A DNA stretch of 39,848 nt from Chiloscyllium plagiosum (lineage: Eukaryota). A model generated the notes under the pieces. That model was not told the DNA's origin. It saw only the letters and a list, made by a program, of their open reading frames with translations, and did not search any database. A program made the position numbers and the translations under genes. Where the stretch lies: assembly GCF_004010195.1 (NCBI RefSeq), contig NC_057720.1:11425370-11465217 (forward strand), read 5' to 3'. Shown in pieces: positions 11,290 through 21,994 of this stretch; position 1 is the stretch's first letter; the number at the start of each line of letters is the position of its first letter.

Positions 11290-13175
11290 TTATGATGCAG
11301 AGGTCGAAGACCTCAGTTAGTTAAAACCAAACACCCAGAAAAGCTCGCCTCGTCTTGTAATCTGTTACTATGTGAGTGAGTGACAGAGAACTCCTAACTT
11401 CCACTACTTAAAGAAAAACAACAATTTATTTTTCTAACTCTAAGAGTGGACACTACATAAAAACTATTCACAAATCAAAGCCCCCTTTTTCTTAACTATT
11501 TACTATATGACCATCAACTCTGTAAAAATCCTGCTCCAGAAACACAATTATTAAACGCTACATTAACTTAATCTCAAGTCCACACAGTCTCTGTCTTCTC
11601 CGCTTTCTTCAATCTTCCATCTACTGATCTCCCTGGATTTTTTTTTCTATTTACTGTGAGGATTTTTACAGGAAAAGGTACCTTTTATGGAGAGGGTCTT
11701 CTAATGTCTTTGAGAGCAAGTTGTTAGACAGGCAATTAGCTCCACAACTCTATGGCAATTGCTTGGCTGTTCGGTGGCAGTTGCTCTCTGACTAAATTTT
11801 CAAAATGTCCTGGTTTTTCACCCCCAACATTGTTGGGAACAAACACCTGTCATTGGTCCGATGTTGTCAAAACAATACTTTCATACTCAGTTGGGTTTTA
11901 GTATCTTAGTCATAACTTAAGTCACTTGGTTAAATTTGAATTGTTGTCAAAACAGCAATCAAAACTCAGGTATCCACTTAACAGCCAATTGTTACATGTA
12001 TCAATTTTGGAATGCCCATCTCCCAGCCTTTTCATTCAGGCAGCTGAGCCTACACTTTAAGTTTCCTTCAATATTCAGAAAACACTTTCTATTTTAAAGT
12101 GAACATAAATGCTTTTACTTCATAACAGTCTTTCCCGGCTTCTCTCTGTATTGTTCACAGCCCAAGCTGTCCAGCTACCTATCAGCCAATCAGCTGCTGT
12201 TGGTGGGCAGTTAAACTTTGTCATTGAGTCATATAGATGTATGGCAGGGAAACAGACCCTTCGATCCAACTCGTTCATTCCGACCAGATATCGTAAATAT
12301 AGTCACATTTGCCAGCTCTTGGCCTGTACCCCTCCAAACCTTTCCTATTCATCAACCCATCCAGATGCCTTTTAAATGCTATAATTGCACCAGCCACCAC
12401 CACTTCCTCTGGCAGCTCATTCCATACACGCACCAACCTCTGCATGAAAAAGTTGCCCCTTAGGTCCCTTTTATATCTTTTCTCTCACCTTAAACCTATG
12501 TCCTCTAGTTTTGGACTCCCCGACCCCAGAGAAAAGACCTAGTCTATTTACCCTCTTTGTCATTGAGTCATATGGATGTATGGCAGGGAAACAGACTCTT
12601 CAATCCAACTCGTTCATTCTGACCAGATGTCGTAAATATAGTCACATTTGCCAGCTCTTGGCCTGTACCCCTCCAAACCTTTACTATTCATCGACCCATC
12701 CAGATGCCTTTTAAATGCTATAATTGCACCAGCCACCACCACTTCCTCTGGCAGCTCATTCCATACACGCACCAACCTCTGCATGAAAAAGTTGCCCCTT
12801 AGGTCCCTTTTATATCTTTTCTCTCACCTTAAACCTATGTCCTCTAGTTTTGGACTCCCCGACCCCAGAGAAAAGACCTAGTCTATTTACCCTCTCCATG
12901 CCCCTCATGATTTTATAAACCTCCATAAGTTGCATTGATAATTAATCCCTTGTCCATCAAACACTCAGCTTCACTTGTCAACAACTTTAGCTCCAGATCA
13001 TCTACACATTGCTGCAACCTATAACAACACAAACAGTGTTCACAGAAGGTGTCAAGTTCCTTGCTTTCAAAACATGCAGCTGTCTTTGTAAATCCATGGA
13101 TTTCAAAGTATTTTTCATTTCAGCCCACAATGTTAAAAATCCCAAGGGTAAAAGGGCATACGTCTAAAATAGCAA
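11290..13175 (-). mobile_element. Possible long solo-LTR-like repeat, interrupted by HER1
   Basis: Minus-strand AATAAA at ~11425-11430 and LTR-like composition; termini and TSD not clean. Confidence 0.3.
12225..12930 (-). mobile_element. HER1/CR1 3' end, tandemly duplicated (339-bp period)
   Basis: 12216-12554 repeated at 12555-12893; CR1 3' UTR and ORF2 C-terminus. Confidence 0.92.
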
Positions 13176-13559
13176 CCTGCTAGCCCATTGGATATGATGG
13201 GTTACATGGCCTCCTTCTCTGCTGTAAAATTATACGACTCAATGGAGCAACGTGAAGCTTGTGGAAGTTACAGAGACTCTGGGTTGTAGTGGAGGGGGGC
13301 TGGGAACATATCAGATAGAAAATTTGGTGGAAATGTTAGAATGTGGGCATGCCAAGGTGTTGGTAAAAAGTCAGACAGATCGCCCGCTCTGAATCATCTG
13401 CCATGTTCCTTCTTATCAGGGTGGATTGATTTGATGACGACTCTGGAAATAGCAAAAGGACCAATTCTGAAAGATAATTTCCCACACTTTTAAAATCTGA
13501 GGGTAGGCAGGTAACTCACCTGGGGCTACTGTGACCCCAGTGGACTTCTAGTCCAGTCT

Positions 13560-14032
13560 CTGAACCTGACGGTTGTGGGTTCAGACCCCACTCTTAAGAC
13601 ATGAACACAAAATCCAGCGCAGTGCTCCAGCATCATACTGCTCCCTGAGGTGTGGGAGTGCTGCACTGTCAGCTGAGGAATTAGTCAGAAGTCACATGAC
13701 ACCAGGTAATAGTCCAACAGGTTTATTTGAAGTCACACAAGCCTTCGGAGAGCAGCCTCTTCAGCAGATGTACTTTCAAATAAACCTGTTGGACTGTAAC
13801 CTCGTGTTATGTGACTCTTGACCTAGTCCACCCCAGCCCAACTGAGGAATTTTCACAGCTGAGGAATTAAACTGAGGATTAATCTAACCTCTTGGGCGGT
13901 TAGAGAGAGAGAGAGAAAGGGAGGATCTCCCCCAGGACCTGACAAATATTTCTCTCTGATCGACACTTAAACAAGATCAAAACTTAACTGTTTGTTGGAT
14001 ACTACTGAGCACGAATTGACTTTCATGCTACA
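13560..14032 (+). mobile_element. Deu-domain SINE interrupted by a fold-back element
   Basis: GTTGTGGGTTCAGACCCCACTC..GGGAGTGCTGCACTGTC..TAAACTGAGG..GACAAATATTT. Confidence 0.55.
13684..13855. mobile_element. Penelope-type fold-back element (family D)
   Basis: Arms AGTCCAACAGGTTTATTTGAA / TTCAAATAAACCTGTTGGACT; CAGCTGAGGAATTA at 13670-13683 and 13856-13869; degenerate minus-strand core CTGCTGAAG..TCCGAAGGCT. Confidence 0.7.
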
Positions 14033-14041
14033 TTGCAACAA

Positions 14042-14362
14042 GGTTGGCACAGTCATTCAGTGGTTAGCACTGCTGCCTCACAGCACCAGGGACCCAGGTT
14101 CAATTCCAGTCTGTGTGGAGTGTGCACATTTTCCCTGTGTCTGCGTGGGTTTCCTCCCACACCCCAAAGATGTTCAAGTTAGGTGAATTGGCCATGGGAA
14201 ATTGCCCATAGTGTTCAGAGATGTGTAGGTTAGGTGCATCAGTCAGGGGAGTATGTAGACTAGTAATAGAATGGACCTGGGTGGGATACTCTTCGGAGGG
14301 TCAGTGTGGACTTGCTGGGCCGAAGGGCCTGTTCCCACACAGTACAGATTCTGATTCTAATT
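14042..14362 (+). mobile_element. HE1-type SINE
   Basis: TCAGTGGTTAGCACTGCTGCCTCACAG head; GGGCCGAAGGGCCTGTT tail. Confidence 0.9.
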
Positions 14363-15069
14363 CAATCCTGAATGACCACCTACAAGAAAGAATGCGCTTT
14401 ATCAGTTATAAAGTGTTTTGTGAGATTGTGACAGGAGCTAATAAACATGGATTCACCTTCCCCATTTAAGCCAGATAAGCTTTTCCATCGTGTAAGAACT
14501 GCTTTTCGTTTCGTAGACACTACAGGAAAGCAGCAGGCAGTCGGTCAGCACAGCCGGGAAGTAAACTGTGTCAAAATGAAAACATTTTTCTTCCTTATGC
14601 TAAACTAGAACTGGGTTAATCCTTTCCCATTGGAACTACTTCCCACTGTGAGGAGGTCTGTCCCCATCCACGGGGGGTGTAAAAGGTTGAACTTGTGCCT
14701 GAACCGAAGAGAGGATCTCAGCTTGACTTCAACCGTAAAACAAAACACCGACAGAACACGCTGCACATGTGCAATGGAACAGGGGGCAGCTTTAGAAACT
14801 CTCATAGATGAGAGTTCAGCTCATGCAAGACTTCAGACTAAAGGATGGACTTGTCTTAGTCCTTCAGAATTTAGAAATAATACAGATGCAATAGACTTTT
14901 GAGAGAAGAGGAAGGATTGAACAAAAGGTTCAGCCTACACTAGGGTGTGAGGTAATTTGTGTACCATCAAATCAAATCTGTACCTCATCATGAGCTAGGT
15001 TTACTGTACCATCCTCTTTAAGACAGGGTCTGCTTGGTCTAGTATGGTTCAGGAAAAGCCCTTACAACC

Positions 15070-15252
15070 TGCAATAACTATACAGAGGCCGGTATCCTGT
15101 CACCAAGTTGCCCTTTATTTACACATGCAGAGTACGTGGACTCTAACCAGCCAACTAAGAGCCAGTCCCTAGAGTCAGGAGACTCTCTGTTTATATCTGT
15201 CAGCCACAATCAAGTATCTCATGGTCCCAAGCGCTATACAAACTTCACAACA
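15070..15252 (-). mobile_element. Short solo LTR-like element
   Basis: TG(C/A)AATAACT..AGAGGC start shared with 18787-18988; minus-strand AATAAA and GATATAAAC TATA-like box. Confidence 0.5.
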
Positions 15253-15553
15253 AGGATCTGTTCATTACATATTTGCAATTAGCTTGGTTCCAAAACCTAG
15301 AACTCACTCCCAAACCATGTTGTGGGTCTACCCACAGAGCATGGACTGCAGTGGTCCAAAAAGGCATTTCACCCCCACCTTCTGAAGGGCAAATATGGAC
15401 GGACAATAAATACTGAATAAAAAAGAACAAAAAAACAAAATTAAAAACTCTAATGATGACCACAAAACCATGTTAATTGCTATAAACACTATCTAATTCA
15501 TTAATATCCTTTAGAGAAGAAAATCTGCCAGCCTTACCTAGTTTGGCCTCTAC

Positions 15554-16026
15554 AGAATCATAGAATCATACAACATGGAAACAGGCCCCCTTCTAAAGCT
15601 TTCCTATCCATGTAACTCTCCAAATGTCTTTTCAATGTTGGAACTGAATCTGCTTCAACCACTTCTTCTGGTAGCTAGTTTCATATATGCACCAACCTCG
15701 GGTCCCTTTTCAATCTTTCCCCTCTTACCTTAAACCTGTGCCCTCTAGTTTTGGACTCACCTACCCTGGGTAAAAGACCTTGGCTATTCACCTTATCTAT
15801 GCCCCTCACAATTTTACAAACCTCGATAAGGTTACCCCTCAGCCTCCTGTGCTACAGAGAAAGAAATCCCAACCTATCTAGGCTCTCCTTACCATAACGA
15901 TAACATCCTTACAAATCCTTTTTTGCACCTTATCCAGTTTAATAGCATCCTTCCTATAACAGGGTGACCAGAATTGTTCGCAGTACTCCAAATGTGGCCT
16001 TACCAATGCCTTGTGCAGCTGTAATG
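15554..16026 (-). mobile_element. HER1/CR1 3' fragment
   Basis: AGAATCATAGAATCAT tail, CACCTTATCTATGCCCCTCA..CCCCTCAGCCTCC. Confidence 0.85.
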
Positions 16027-16230
16027 TACACGTGACTCCAGGCCCACAGCAATGTGGTTGACTCTTAACTGCCCTCTGAAAACGCCCAACAAGCCACTCG
16101 ATTGTATCTACCTGTTACAAAGTCTGAACAAAGGAATGAAACTGGATGGATCACCTGGCATCAACCAAGGTACCAGAAACAACAAAAATCAGCCCTGCTC
16201 ATACTATAAGGTTTTCATCCTCATTAACAT

Positions 16231-16476
16231 GGGTTTCCTCCGGGAGCCCCAGTTTCCTCCCACAATCTAAAGGTGAGTAGGCTGGCTGAATTGGCCATGC
16301 TAAATTGCCTGTAGTGTTCAGGGATGTGTGGGTTAGATGCATTAGTCAGGGGTAAATGTAGAGTATTTGAGTAGGGGAATGGGTCTGGGTGGGTTACTCT
16401 TCGGAGGGTCAGTGTGGACTTGTTGGGCCAAATGGCCTATTTCCACACTGTAGGGATGTTGCTCAATGATTCTATG
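16231..16476 (+). mobile_element. 5'-truncated HE1-type SINE
   Basis: GGGTTTCCTCCGGG..GAATTGGCCATGCTAAATTGCC..CTCTTCGGAGGGTCAGTGTGGACTTG. Confidence 0.85.
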
Positions 16477-17087
16477 AAAGTCTGAGGCAAGGAGCCAAAA
16501 CTGGGAGAGCTGTCTCACAAACTAGTCTGTCTCTAAGCTCCTCACAGATTTGTACTTTAAAGACCATGTTCCAGATAAAACCATCAGCATCCCTGGGTAT
16601 CTCCTGTCCCAAGGGCAGAGATGTGTTGGCACTGTGCTGTATAGTCAGTGGTGAGAGGGCCAGGGCATCCTCAGAATTGATTTTGAACTCATGAAGTCTT
16701 ATGGCATTAGGTAAAACATGGGCCAGGAAACCTCCAGCTAATTACCACATACCACGATGACCAGTTCCTCAGTGGAGCACCCCACCCTGATGGCTGATGG
16801 ATCAGTGCTCCTCCACATTCAACACATGGGGGGAGCACTGAGGTCGGCAAGGAAGGGCAATATACTCTAGTTAGGTTACTGCAATATCCATCATCGAGAC
16901 TGACTTGGGGGCTCTTTACTGAGAAGATTGATTCTCAATGAGATGGGTGGGTGAGATGGGAACCCTGTGACAGGCAGTCAGTGTCACTGAGAGGAGCACA
17001 TGAGGTCAGGTCTTTCACAGAGAAACACAAAGGCTGGGGACAGATCTGAGTAGAATTTGGGATGTAAATAAGGATCAGATGTTTTTA

Positions 17088-17290
17088 TAAAAACAGAAAT
17101 TGCTGAAAAGCTCAGCACGTCTGGCGGCATCCGTGGAGAGAAATCAGTTAATGTTTCAGGCTGAGTGAACTTTCCTCAGATCTGTACCTGAAGTGTTAAT
17201 TCTGATATCTCTCCACACATGCTGCGAGACCTGCCAACCTTCCCAGCAGACTCTGGCTTTTTTTTTCTGATTTACAGCATCTGCATTTCT
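17088..17290. mobile_element. Penelope-type fold-back element (family C) with hammerhead-like core
   Basis: Arms GGCATCCGTGGAGAGAAATCAG / CTGATATCTCTCCACACATGCTGC; minus strand CTGAGGA-A-AGTTCACTCAGCCT-GAAACATT at ~17150-17182. Confidence 0.65.
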
Positions 17291-17300
17291 TATGGTTCTA

Positions 17301-17660
17301 ACATATCCATCTTAGGACAAGCCAAACAGAAACATGCACGAGAATTCCTAGAAGTATGGTATTCCAACCAGAACTCTATCAACAAACACAATGAGTCAGA
17401 CCCCATCTACCATCCCCTGAGAAAAAAAAGGAAATGACATCATCACAGGAAATGACATCACCACAGTAAATAACATCACCAACTCAAAGAAACCCAAAGA
17501 TAGAAATAGACAGCAGGAATCATGCACAGTGCTTCGCCTGAGGCCCACTGAAGATGTTACCTAGTAGGGTGACAGAACGTCTAGAAATGAACCTTCCAGC
17601 TCAGCGAGCAAACCTACATCCAGAACCTCAACCTGAGCTACAAATCTTCTCAAAACACGC
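17301..17660 (+). mobile_element. Penelope-like element 3' end: GIY-YIG endonuclease C-terminus plus pLTR
   Basis: ISILGQAKQKHAREFLEVWYSNQNSINKH..DPIYHPL resembles PLE endonuclease C-termini (R..LE..N); hammerhead motif follows. Confidence 0.75.
17546..17584 (+). ncRNA. Degenerate type I minimal hammerhead ribozyme
   Basis: CTGAAGA-T-GTTACC-TAGTAG-GGTGAC-AGAAC-GTC; 6-bp stem II intact, GAAA altered. Confidence 0.6.
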
Positions 17661-18786
17661 GAAAAGCCTCCATCTTGGATGGCCCCTTATTGAGAAGGAT
17701 CCTCTGGACAGCTGGCAAGCTACCAACATGGCAGAGGGGTGGGACAGCAGAAAGATCCTGTCTCCCATTAGAAAATGGCCCCATTTGGCTTCTCAACTCG
17801 TTGGTGCAGGCTGCCAATGACCTTCTCCAAGCAGACCCAGGGAGGCTCCCTGGGATCAGGAATACATCAATGAGCCATTCTAATGGGGGACCTTCCCCAC
17901 TTCACCTTGCCCCTCCTCCCCAATCTTCAAAGATATCCTCAATTCTAACCCCATTTCCACAGAGCCAGGAAAGTCCAACTCATTAAAATCTCTCTCTCTC
18001 TCTTTGTAAATGATGTCTGAGCTTTGCGTCATTTCCCATTTTGTGTTCCATACATATCCACAGTAATTTGCCCTGTGCTTACAGCAGCTACTGTGACTCT
18101 CTCTTAAAAGACGATGTGTAATTGTTTCTCAGAGCAGGGGAAGCAAGAACTGGGTGAGTCATTTAATTGGTATCGTAGAAGACACCTGCTTTCACAACGT
18201 GTTTAACAACTTCAAATCACAACTTTGATTCCGAAATTAACTGGAACAGTCAGTACCAGTGTCCACCTCCTCTGGACTCCTCCATTGTTCCTGTGCTTAT
18301 TCCCACTCTTCAGCTATCAACTGTTCAGTCATTTTAACACTATACTCTTTCTCCTCTTCAGCTCACCCCTCCCCCTACTCTTTATTTGTTCTCAACCTCT
18401 CTGTCACTAACATTTCCTGTTGTGAAAGAAGGTCAGGGCTCTAAACCATTCATGTCATTGCGCTCTCCACGCTCGCTGACTGGCCAGCTGAGAATTTCCA
18501 ATGTTTTATGATTTGATTGCAGGTTTCCAGCCTCCGTAGTATTTTGTTTTTGTTTCATTGTAGAAATTGGGTTGCCTGTTATTAACAATACAAGGTAGGC
18601 CTCATGAGTAAACCCAGAGGTGATGAGCCACGGTAAGCATAGACACAAAACACTAAGACCACTAAAATATTCCCATCATTTACCATCCCTCAAAAAGTCC
18701 TAGTACAACATGAGACCGATTTTATCCCAACAATTTAAAGCATGCACATTTATGAATTGTTGCAAATAAAGTCAATGTTGTGTTAC

Positions 18787-18988
18787 TGAAATAACTGCAT
18801 AGAGGCTAACATTCTGTCTCCCAGCCACTATTAATTTATATATGCACAGCCAGTCCCTGAAGTCAGGAAACTCTGAATCTCCTGCTTATATCCAACAGTC
18901 AGGGCTCTCTGATTGAACCGGGTTAACAACCTCAATCAAAGATCTCACAGTCAATAAAATCCACCTGGTTCCAATTGCTGGAGTTACA
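18787..18988 (-). mobile_element. Short solo LTR-like element
   Basis: TG..CA termini (TGAAATAACT..GAGTTACA); related to 15070-15252; no clear TSD. Confidence 0.55.
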
Positions 18989-19006
18989 CAGAAAACCGAA
19001 CAGTCC

Positions 19007-19336
19007 CCTCCCCTTCACTGTTTTGATCACACAGCACTGCCCTTTGATGTGAAGGGCAGTGTTTGTCACTGGCCACCCGGGTGTTTTCCTGTCTTCCTGG
19101 TGGTGGAAATTGAATAAAGATTCGTGTACTTTGTGTCTTTCACTGTGTCTCACACCTGCGTACACACACACCATGGGTGCTGGGGAAAAAATATATATAT
19201 AATAAGCACTACCGCACTTAGGTGGTAGTGTGGGGGAAAAAAGAAAAGAAAAAAAAGGGGACTAAGGTAGTTGTCAGGGAAAAAAAGAAAAAAAAACAAA
19301 AACAAAAAAAAAAGAAAAAAAAGAAAAAAAAATTTA
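19007..19336 (+). mobile_element. Poly(A)-tailed retroposed 3' end (L1/Tx1-like)
   Basis: AATAAA 19113-19118, A-rich tail, AAAACCGAACAGTCC duplicated at 18992-19006 and 19337-19351, two stem-loops. Confidence 0.7.
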
Positions 19337-19351
19337 AAAACCGAACAGTCC

Positions 19352-19800
19352 TGGTTAAAAAAAACAGGAGTGTCAGAGACTCTGTTCACTCAGAGCTGCC
19401 TCTGAGGGAGCAGGGTCAGTGGTGAAGGGCTCTCCATTTGTGTCAGGGAGGGCACTGATTCTGTGCTGGATGGTGCTACAGTCAGTGTGTTCCTGCTAGT
19501 TCTGAGGAGGAGAAGGATTCCTTTGTCTTCCCCCCACCCCCCCCCCCTTATTTAGAGAAGATATTTGTTTTTTTTATTTGTTTGTGTTTCTTTATTGTTT
19601 GTTTGTGTTTGTTTTTTCTTTATTTTGAGCTGTGCCCAGCTACATAGGCAGCCACCACCACTGCTGCTACTGCAGCTTAGGCCTATTCCTACCACTGCAG
19701 CCTGGGCCTTGCCTACACCTCTGCTGCTGCTGCCTGGGCCCTGCCTAGGCCTGTCACTGCTGCTGCCTGGACCATTACACCTGGGGCCTGCAAAAAAAAG
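19352..19800 (+). mobile_element. Composite retroposed segment (LTR-like head, C/T-rich tract, CTGCTGCCTGGGCC repeats, short A tail)
   Basis: Bounded by AAACCGAAC(A/T)GT at 19338 and 19802; possibly a Tx1-type 5' UTR (recalled, unverified). Confidence 0.45.
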
Positions 19801-19802
19801 GA

Positions 19803-20105
19803 AACCGAACTGTACAGCTCAGGAACAGGCCCTTCAGCCCACCATGTCTGTGCCAACCATGATGCCATTCTAAACTAATCCCAATTACAGTCCACCTGGC
19901 TGACCTCATTACAATCCCTACATTTTCCTTTAAACCTTCTACCTCTCACCTTAAAACTTAGCACCCTGGGAAAGTGACTGAATACCCATTCTATCTATGC
20001 CCCTCATGATCTTATATTTCTATCAGATTGTCCCTCGGCCTCTGATGCTCTAACAAAAACAATCCTCGTTTGTCCCATTCGCATCACCATGCCTTTATTC
20101 CCGCA
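19803..20105 (-). mobile_element. Old CR1 3' fragment
   Basis: TACAGCTCAGGAACAGGCCCTTCAGCCCACCATGTCTGTGCC..CTATCTATGCCCCTCATGAT. Confidence 0.75.
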
Positions 20106-20797
20106 GTCTTCCATTAAACACAGAATAACTTGTGAGCTGAAGGATTTGGAGAAAGGCATAAAACTAGCAGCATACACCATGACAGAACACAATCCAATAT
20201 GATCCAGCTCATTAACAGGAAGAGACGCAAGTAAGCAATACATAAGTGACTAATTAAAGAAGGCTGCTTCACACATAACAAACCTACCCATCTTTTCCAG
20301 TTTTTCAGTGGGCAGGAGTGTGGGTTTGATGTACAGGATGAACCATGGTCTTATTCAATTGACGTGCATCCCAATCTTTACCCCATTTCGTTATTATATT
20401 CTTTTGTTGTAGTTATTATCCTTCTACAGAACACAGGATGACCAGGTATGCAGGTTAACTTTGTAAATAAAATGATTTGATGAAAACTCGAAACATTAAC
20501 TCCACTTTCACTCCCACCCCCAGGTTTTTCTTTCAGGTTAACTTTGTGTTGATTCAAACAAGCTCAGTGTTAGACTGGCTAAGCAGAAGTCTCTCTGACA
20601 CGTTGCCCTGGTCATGTCCCACATCCATCTGATCTCAGTTCCTCATCTGTCCAATCTCAATCCAATTTCTCTCCAATTTCTGTCCTATGCCTCTCCAGTC
20701 CATACAGAAAATCATCACAGTTTCTACACATACGTTGTGTACATTTCATTCTTACAATAAACAGAAGTATTCCATTGTGGATCTTTCTCCTAACCTG

Positions 20798-21010
20798 GGA
20801 GGAAGTGAGGACTGCAGATGCTGGAGATCAGAGTCAAGAGTGTGGTGCTGGAAAAGCACAGCAGGTCAGGCAGCATCCGAGGAACAGGAGAATCGACATT
20901 TCGGGCAAGAGCTTTAATCCTGATGAAGGGCTGTTGCCCGAAAAGTCAATTCTCCTGATCCTCAGATGCTGCCTGACGTGCTGTGCTTTTCCAGCACCAC
21001 ACGCTCAATA
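20798..21010. mobile_element. Penelope-type fold-back mini-element (family A)
   Basis: Inverted arms; CTTTCTCCTA(A/T)CCTG at 20783-20797 and 21011-21025. Confidence 0.85.
20916..20951 (+). ncRNA. Type I minimal hammerhead ribozyme motif (best preserved copy)
   Basis: AATC-CTGATGA-A-GGGC-TGTT-GCCC-GAAA-A-GTC-AATT; both core boxes and stem II intact. Confidence 0.7.
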
Positions 21011-21994
21011 CTTTCTCCTATCCTGTCTATGGGAATCTGTTGATACTCTCTAGGCTGCTCTCAAGGCTAAAACAGAACTTAAGGTGTAGAAAGTTCCTCT
21101 CCAGTCATTTCTGCTGATATAGATCCTTGAGTGTGCATGCCTGGTAAAATGTACATAACAGTCCTAGCTTGTAAAGTCATGTCTTATTCCTGTTGTAACC
21201 CCATTTATAAAATCTCCCTTAATTCCCAATATACCATATTTAATTAGAGTTACAATTCCTGATATGACCATAGACAGTTCAATGATTCTTGAATAACACA
21301 TGCAACTGAGGGTCTGCGAGGGCAGCTTAGTTGGCTGCTGGTGCGGTCAACTCTGAACCTATTGACAACCAACGTTCCCTCTGAGCTGTGCGGCCTGCTC
21401 CAAGGTTCCTCCGATCGCCGTGGTGACACCTTGCTGTGCACAGACCTGAGAGCCCAGCAGCAAAAAGAACACTGGAGGGGGCATTGCCACCAGCCGCCTT
21501 GTCAGTATCACACTGGGCTTTTCAGCAGCTTCAGAAAAATGGACTCCCTGGCTGCAGGCATCACTGGCAAGGCTGGCAGTAATTGTTCACCCACCTCCCC
21601 TCCACCCCATCTTCGATACAGCTGAATGACTCCAGCAGAAGGTTAACGTTGACCAGATGATAAATCTTGCAGTCTCACAATTATAAGCAATCATTCTCCC
21701 AAGGAACATAATGTGTGTCAAAAGCTATAAATCCAAGGTTTTACACTTTCATTCCCTGATCCGCACATGCTCGTCTCAAGTCAAGTACTTAATGTTGAGT
21801 GGGTGGAGAACAGTCTGGTGGGATTAAATGGTAGAGTGGGAGTGATCTAATGATAAGTCCTTATTTTGAAAAGTTAACTCTCTCTCTCTATCTCTTTCTC
21901 TCATCTCCTCCCTCTCCCCCTCTTCCTCTCCCTCTCTCCCTCCACAGTTGCCATATGAGATACTGAGTTTCTCCAGTATTTTGCTCTTAGCATA

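Larger units (their letters stand above)
15430..16925 (+). mobile_element. 5' part of an old LINE (SINE-B-like leader plus APE domain), interrupted by HER1 and HE1
   Basis: Degraded APE: PKLGELSHKLV, DHVPDKTISIPGYLLS, HEVLWH*VKHGPGNL, a GDFN-like remnant at ~16870-16890. Confidence 0.7.

Noticed and set aside
14797..14818. Palindrome AACTCTCAT-AG-ATGAGAGTT
   Set aside because: Single short inverted repeat with no supporting context
19150..19425. Poly-Lys / poly-Phe ORFs
   Set aside because: Translations of a retroposon A-rich tail
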